NCBI RefSeq assembly: GCF_000281045.1
Contig: NW_008246068.1
Span: 1,331,110-1,395,109, forward strand
Origin: Saprolegnia diclina VS20
Lineage: Eukaryota
Direction: 5' to 3'
Length of the DNA: 64,000 nucleotides
A program made the position numbers and the translations under genes. Under the pieces are notes generated by a model, which saw only the letters and a list, made by a program, of their open reading frames with translations, was not told the origin of the DNA and searched no databases. This document shows positions 57,717 through 64,000 of this stretch, one piece after another. How positions within the stretch are numbered: position 1 is the stretch's first letter; the number at the start of each line of letters is the position of its first letter.

Positions 57717-58553
57717 GAGATGCGACGAGTCCGAGTGAGGCGAAGAAGCGTGAATTGTTGGCGTCGGCTCCGCGTCAAATCGCCAAGTGCACTTTGCCGT
57801 TCATGACCATTGCATCCTGCTCTTCCCGAGATCCGCCTGTCGCCAGGTGGCAAATGCCAGCTGGATTCATCACCACATCACACGTCCGCGCCGCCATCGA
57901 CGCACAACACACTCACGCCCGTATGCTTCTCGATGGGTGTCTCCATTCGAGCAACGGCGACGACAGCACCATGCACCTCGTGCTCGGTACTACTCGCATG
58001 CAGCGCTGGATACCCCCCGGCCTGCTCCTGCTGCGCCGATTTCCCACCTCGATAATCTATTTTTCACAGTGTAGTCGCCCGAGCTTGAAGTTGCTGGACG
58101 TGCGCAATATTTGGGCTCCCACTGTGAACAGTAGCCGCAGCATTGCATACAAAGAGCAAGTGCGGGGCCGTTCGTTGAAGGCGTAGAAGAACGGCGTCGA
58201 GTACAGCCACCGGCCCACAGTAGTAAAATACTTATTTAAGAGGGCGCTGAAAAGCACCCAATGCGCAGCGCTGTTACTCACATCGCGTCGCCACGCGGCT
58301 GCATCGCCGGCGCGCCACTTTGAAGCGCGTTGCCGTCGCCCAGAGGCGCCACGATGCCAGGACGCCAAGGCTGTCGGTTCCAATAGTGGCGGTCGCTGAA
58401 TCTGGTCGACGTAACCCGTGTACGCACCGTCCCTTTCTGCTGCTATTCTGATACCTCGAATGTGTGGTCAGCAAATGCGTCGGACAAGGGGACGTGGACT
58501 GGCTAGCAGCTGCTCTCTACGGCATCAAATCGCATTCATTTTGGATTCACAGG

Positions 58554-59194
58554 ATGAGATCGGTGGCGGTCGACAGCGTCGTTTTGTCCGAACGCCAAGA
58601 CTTGACGGAAGCCGTCTTTGAGCTCTTGCAGGACCAATGGCCGATACATGCCGAGACGCGCCGTCGCAGCCTCTCGCCATCGCCCAACGAAGAGCGCGTG
58701 CTGCTTCTCACGTCGACTTGTGATACTGGTTTGGACCATGGCGTGGTGGCACACGCCCAGTTGAAGTGGCCGCAACCACACGTGTGTCTCGTGGTGTCGG
58801 TGGTTGTGCATCGCGCGCACCGCCGCCAGCATGTGGGCGAGACACTCATGGCGGCCGTCGACGCGCGTATTCGCGCTAGCAACCGAACCAACGGCCCCGT
58901 GACCACATACGTCTGGACCGCCGATCAAGGTAAGGTGCCCTACTATTGTGTGTCCACCGTGACGTAATGCAGAGGCATTCTTTGAACGTGTCGGGTACCG
59001 AACCTGCGCACCGTTCGACGGTCGCCATCGCGCGGTCGCCAGGCTCGACCAAGTGCAACAGCATAATCTGTCCAGCCTCCTCCAGCGGCGCAGCGCCGCC
59101 GACGACAACAGTCGCCTGGTATCGAACGCGCACGCACGCAGGAAGCTCAACCGCTCTCTAGGACGTCACGTGGCTGAGCAAGACTTTGGTGTAG
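58554..59194 (+). CDS. GNAT acetyltransferase, NAA80 (NAT6)-like
   Basis: LLQDQWP..RRRSL, VVAHAQL, LVVSVVVHRAHRRQHVGETLM, TADQ|EAFFERVGY..CAP and C-terminal VTWLSKTL*. Two introns. Confidence 0.75.
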
Positions 59195-59294
59195 CGATCT
59201 TCGCGCAAGATACCGGCCTGTGATTCGCTGAAAATGAGCCAATGAAACAAATCGACAGAAAGATTTACGACGTTCAAAGGTCATTTTAACTGCC

Positions 59295-62085
59295 ATGCAG
59301 CGGCGCAAGAGCAGCAAGCGCAGCGCGCCCGCGGCCATGGCCTACTCGTTGGAGGAGGCGACGTGCAAGGGCCCGATCACATGGGCGGATCCCGTTCTCG
59401 CCGTGCTTCTGGCGACGACGCTGGGCGTGTATGGCGCGACCTTGTATCCGAGCGTCGCGGGCGGTGATAGCGGGGAGCTGCTGGCCGAAGCGTGCCACTT
59501 GGGCGTGGCCCATCCCCCTGGGTACCCGCTCTACAGCATGTTGAACCATGTCGTGATGCAGTTGCTGCCTGGTGGCCCGTCCAAGGCCTGGCGTGCCAAC
59601 GCCTTCTCCGCGGGTACTTGTTGAGGCATGCTTCTTCAACCCAACTGACCCACCCATAGCGTGCGACGGCCTGTGTGCGATATACATCTACTGGTCGACG
59701 CTGCTTTGGCTTCCGCGGTACTACGATGTATGGATGGTGCGCTGCGCGGGTGCAACTGCGGCGGTACCAAGCCTCTCGTGATGACCTACGATTCCATCTG
59801 CGCACTGGGTGCAAATTTGTAGATCGGCTTTGCGCTCAGCCCGCTTGTCTGGACGTACGCAGTTGGCGCCGAGGTTTTTTCGCTCAACAATGCGTTCGCT
59901 GGCGCGCTTCTCTACGTCCTCCTTCGCTTTGCAACAGTGTCATCGCCGTGGCCACTCGCCTACGTTGGCGCCATTCTCTGCGGCCTCGCGCTCACCAACC
60001 AGCACACGATCGTGCTCTTTGAGCTGCCGCTGATTCCGTGGGTTCTGTGGACACTGCGCGCGACGCTGAGCCTGCGACGACTCGGGCTCCTTTGTCTTTG
60101 CTTTCTCGTCGGCCTCGCCCCGTACGCCCCAATGACACTCTCTCGTCACCCGCTCGATTCTGGGTGTAGGTATGTGTACTTGCCGTTGACGTCCTTTCTG
60201 CAGCCGCAGCCCGGGTCGTGGGGCGACGTCACTTCCTTCAGCGGCTTTGTCCACCACCTTCGGCGGGGCGGTACATGTGCATGAATAGGCCAACATGGTC
60301 GACATCCATGGTCGTAGACTATGGCACGTTCCGCCTTTTCTCGACCGAGAAGGAGACCGAAGGACTCTACGAACGCCTCGTGCTCTACTTTGCCGACCTC
60401 GTCCAGCGCGAGGTACACCGTTGCTGCTCTACGTTCTTAGTTTGCACATGCGACATGCACACAGGGCAGCTATGTCGTGGCGCCGTTGGCCGTCGTTGGC
60501 TGCGTCGCGTCGCTCCGCCACGCGGCTGGGCCGGTCGTGCTCGCCATGTACCTCGTGTACATACTTGGTTTCCACGCGCTCGCGAATCTCCCGCTCACCG
60601 AAGGACTTCTCTACGGCGTGCACATGCGCTTTTGGCAGCAGCCCAACGTCCTGGCGTTCACGTATGCGGGCGTCGGACTCGGCACTCTCTTGCAGGCCCT
60701 GCCGACGCGGCCGACGTGGCGGCTTGCGATTGGTGCAACGTGCGCCGTGGGCGCGGGGGTCGGGCAATACCTTCGCTGGCACGACCTCTGCGACCAAAGC
60801 AGCGCTTCGTACGACACGATCCAAAACGTCAAGTTGATATATTGATGGACCGTCTAGGTACATTGCGCAGTACGCCAAGGCGCTTCTGGCCCCGCTCCCA
60901 AAGAATGCACTCGTACTGATCAACTACGACTTGCAGTGGACGTCGATGCGGTACCTTACACGCTGCGAAGGCTACCGGTACAGTGCAACGATTTCCTGTA
61001 TCCAGAGACAGAAACTCGATTTAGACCGGACCTCACGATCATCAACCTCTCGATGATGACGTATGCGTGGTTTGGCACCAAGCACACACAGTACCCGGAG
61101 CTAATTTTTCCTGGCTCACACCTCGTGCCGGCGTCGGCCTCGGTACCTCTACCTTCTTGAATCCGAATGACGAAGCTACTGTCACCAGCAAAATGGCGGG
61201 TTCAGCTTGTTGCAACTGCTCAACGCCAACGCCAAGCGCTATCGCAAGGCCGGCATCTACCTCGGCGGCCAGCTCAACTACAAGGATACCGACCTCTTGC
61301 GCGCGTACACGTTCGTACCGCACGGCCTCCTCGACAAGGTAATTTGCATGGCTTCATCTCGGACGTCAATGCATAACAAACCGGCAGCTGCACAAGTCGT
61401 CGCAACCCGTGTACCGCCGCCTCGAGACGTGGCATGCGCAAATGACCGCGACGCTCCGTGTCGTCCATCGCCACCTGCCGTCGCTGCCACCGCCGTCCCG
61501 CTACAACGACGAGACGTGGGAGTGGACCATCGTACGTCGACTAACTAAAGCTGTCGACTCAGTGGAGCGCGTTAGGCGCGCGACTACCACATGAAGAAGC
61601 TTTCGCTAGCGACCTTTCTCTTGGACGAGACGATCAAGGCCAATGGCTCCATCGCTTGGCTCGCCGAGGCGGCCAAGCCCATGGAGCATTCGCTCCTCTT
61701 TGAGCCAAAGCAGTTCTGGACCGACGACCTCCTCAAGAACCTCGTAATAACGTCTTCATGGCGGCGGGACCCACGTCAAAGGTGTAGGGTCTCGCCTACG
61801 CCTACATCGTCAAGTCCCCAGAGACGTTTCCGGCCGAGGCGACGGACGTGCTCTTGCCGCACGTTGGTGCAAGCGTGTCGGATGCAACCAAGTACGCTTC
61901 TGCCTCTGAGGGTAGAGCTCGAGTGAACGTGTAGTTGGAAGGACCGCGCGAGTGCGCGCATGTTGGAAGTATGGCACATGTGGCTGCAGCTGCCGTCGGC
62001 CAAGCGCGATCCAGGCTACGCGGCCATTCAAGGCATTGTCGGTCAGTTCCTCCCGTCGTCAGCTGGGCACACGCCATCAACATAA
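59295..62085 (+). CDS. TMEM260: TMEM260 (DUF2723) protein O-mannosyltransferase-like
   Basis: LYPSVAGGDSGELLAEACHLGVAHPPGYPLY, AEVFSLNN, LCGLALTNQHT, YVYLPL..SWGD..H..R.DYGTFRL, RFWQQP, LPKNALVLINYDLQWTSMRYL..CEG. Many introns; stop 62083-62085. Confidence 0.9.
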
Positions 62086-62100
62086 GCGAGCGAGCGACCT

Positions 62101-63054
62101 TTATTGATAGAGCTTGATGAGTTCGTCCGAGACGGCCGACGGCGTGAGGACACCGAGGTCCGTAAAGAGGAGCGAGATGTAGTGGGGCGGCGTGTAGTCG
62201 CAGGACGGGCTACCGACCGTGAGGTTGGCCTGCGCCGTCGTCTTGGGCCGGCACGCGCACGCCGGGAGGTTGCTCATGTCGTCCTTGCGGCTGTGGGGAA
62301 AGTCGCTCTGGTTGAGCGGGTAGAGACGCGCAAACTTGTAGCTCTCGGCCGCCACGTAAAACGGCTTCTTCATCGCATGCGCGATCATGGCGGCCGAGAA
62401 GGTCCCGATCTTGTTGACAATGCCGCCGTTCTCGACGACGCCTTCGGCGCCGACAATCACCATGTCGACCTTCTCCATGTAGTAGCCCATGGCGGCGTCG
62501 ACGATGACGGTCGTGGGGATGCCCGCCTTGGAGAGCACCTCGGCCGTCTTGTAGCCGGCGCCGTTCGGGCGGCCTTCGGTCACGAGCACCGAAAAGTGCT
62601 TGGTCTTGGCGGCCTGGAGGAGGAGACCGGTCACGACGCGCGACGCGCCGTGCGTCAGCACCTGCATGCCGTCGCGCACAAAGTTGTGGCCAAGGTCGGC
62701 GATGCGCTTCCGGCTCAAAAGCGACGTCTCGGCAAAGAGCTTGCCGCGGTCGATGAGCTGGCTCTTGCACTGGTCAAAGTCGTCAAACTCGAGGAAGCAG
62801 CGCGTGACGTAGCGCAGGAAGAGCTGGCACACGGCCGTGACAGAGATGGACGAGAGCGCCTGCGTCGGCGCCGGCCCGTCGGCGGCCGCCTTGAGCTGCG
62901 CCGCCGCTTCCGTGAGCGCGCTCTCGATCTCCATCATCGTGCTCGCGCTCGAGCGCTGGACGACGCCCGTGAGCGCCTTGATGACGGCCACCGCGATCGC
63001 CGAGTCGGGGTCCTGGAGGTACGCCAAGAAGTCGTCGACCACCTTGGTGCTCAT
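62101..63054 (-). CDS. EIF2B1: Translation initiation factor eIF2B alpha subunit
   Basis: AVAVIKAL, LFLRYVT, VLTHGASRVV, VTEGRP, VIVGAEGVVENGGIVNKIGT, KPFYVAAESYKFARLYPLNQ, DYTPP..LLFTDLGVLTPSAVSDELIKLY. Confidence 0.97.
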   Translation of the reverse strand: MSTKVVDDFLAYLQDPDSAIAVAVIKALTGVVQRSSASTMMEIESALTEAAAQLKAAADGPAPTQALSSISVTAVCQLFLRYVTRCFLEFDDFDQCKSQLIDRGKLFAETSLLSRKRIADLGHNFVRDGMQVLTHGASRVVTGLLLQAAKTKHFSVLVTEGRPNGAGYKTAEVLSKAGIPTTVIVDAAMGYYMEKVDMVIVGAEGVVENGGIVNKIGTFSAAMIAHAMKKPFYVAAESYKFARLYPLNQSDFPHSRKDDMSNLPACACRPKTTAQANLTVGSPSCDYTPPHYISLLFTDLGVLTPSAVSDELIKLYQ

Positions 63055-64000
63055 GGCGACTGTGCGGAAATTGCAACTGGCCACAAGACCAATAATCGAA
63101 TATGTCGTACCCCGGGGTACGCATTTCAAAACCAGTGCAAATTACACGATTTAATATTCTGTTTCAAGCCTTTCCCGATTCACGACCCAGAAGGCAGTGC
63201 GAGAAGACCGACACGGGTCCTAGGTCCTACACGCTCATAGAGAGAGAGCCATCGTATACACCCACGTTCTATTACACGATCCAATCAGCACCATCGTGAC
63301 CGATCGACAAACAGTGTATGGACCCAACCGCTGGATGCAACAGAAACGCTGAACGACGAGGAGGCAACGAGGAGGCCCAAGCCTACACCAAAGTATACAC
63401 CACGATCACTCTGTCTACAAACTACAAGACGAGTCCTCAGGCGAGGCGCGCAGCCGAATCGGCCCCAGTAACCTTACGGCATCGCCCTGCGATCTGGGCC
63501 AAGGACTACATTTGCCCTTGGACTCGGACTGCGGCGCTCGACCCGAGAATCTCGCAAGCGCGCAATTTACTGCAGTGGTTTCTACGGGAAAGGATGCCAA
63601 AATTGTTGACGTTTCTGCATGGCACTGGCCCTTTCGTCGACCCGACTGCGAAATTCCGTTTTCCCCGAAGCAAGATCATCGGTGAGGAGTTGAGCGCTGC
63701 TCTTCAAGGAAGAGAACGGGTGGCTTTTGTCGGTGGCCACACGCAAGGATACAGACGATATACGAATCTTAACGCGGCGAATGCACCAAAGCTGTTGCGT
63801 CAGCGCTGCTGTGCTTGCTATTGCACGTCGGCTTCACTAAATGCGAGCGACGTGAGGCAGTCGGGCGACGCCAAGTGTTCGAGGGCCGCTACACAATCCA
63901 TATACATCCATGCCAAAGCTTGAAAGATTGATACCTTCGTACGACGCGAGGTAGTAGCCGTTCTGGCCAATGCGCTTCTCGGGGTCGCAGAGAACGTTGA

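Noticed and set aside
63318..63923. 201-aa ORF at the window end
   Set aside because: Lacks the codon bias of real genes here and has no recognisable domain; possibly a degraded repeat.

Overview
Gene-dense, GC-rich eukaryotic DNA with many short (mostly 40-60 nt) GT-AG introns. Gene content and intron style point to an oomycete, most likely Saprolegniaceae (inference). There is one assembly gap (N, 1085-1879). Genes spliced by eye, in order: ABCB/MDR transporter, GPI-anchored discoidin-like protein, CBP/p300-like acetyltransferase, single-pass membrane protein, ankyrin protein, two paralogous C3H zinc-finger proteins flanking a 7-exon Ig-fold-like putative transcription factor and a TBC+PDZ protein, TMEM43, an IQ-WW-ankyrin-C2 protein, a protein with three tandem RNA 5'-triphosphatase domains, an LRR-like protein and RPL18A. 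A decayed retroelement island follows (L1/Tx1-like RT, a long inverted repeat, a zinc knuckle, a kinase fragment). Then come eIF2B-epsilon, DCC1, a degenerate lipin, a GH5 glucanase, syntaxin-5, a 1R-Myb, CDK10/11, a signal-peptide PA-TPR-GT41 glycosyltransferase, a START-like/FYVE protein, an NAA80-like GNAT, TMEM260 and eIF2B-alpha. The most interesting signals are the long, highly structured intron 2 of RPL18A, the triple RNA triphosphatase, the apparently secreted GT41, the C3H/Ig-fold factor cluster, a recurrent ATCCGGATA near-palindrome upstream of genes, and the ~240-bp inverted repeat. All calls come from motif recognition by eye; no database search or folding was run.
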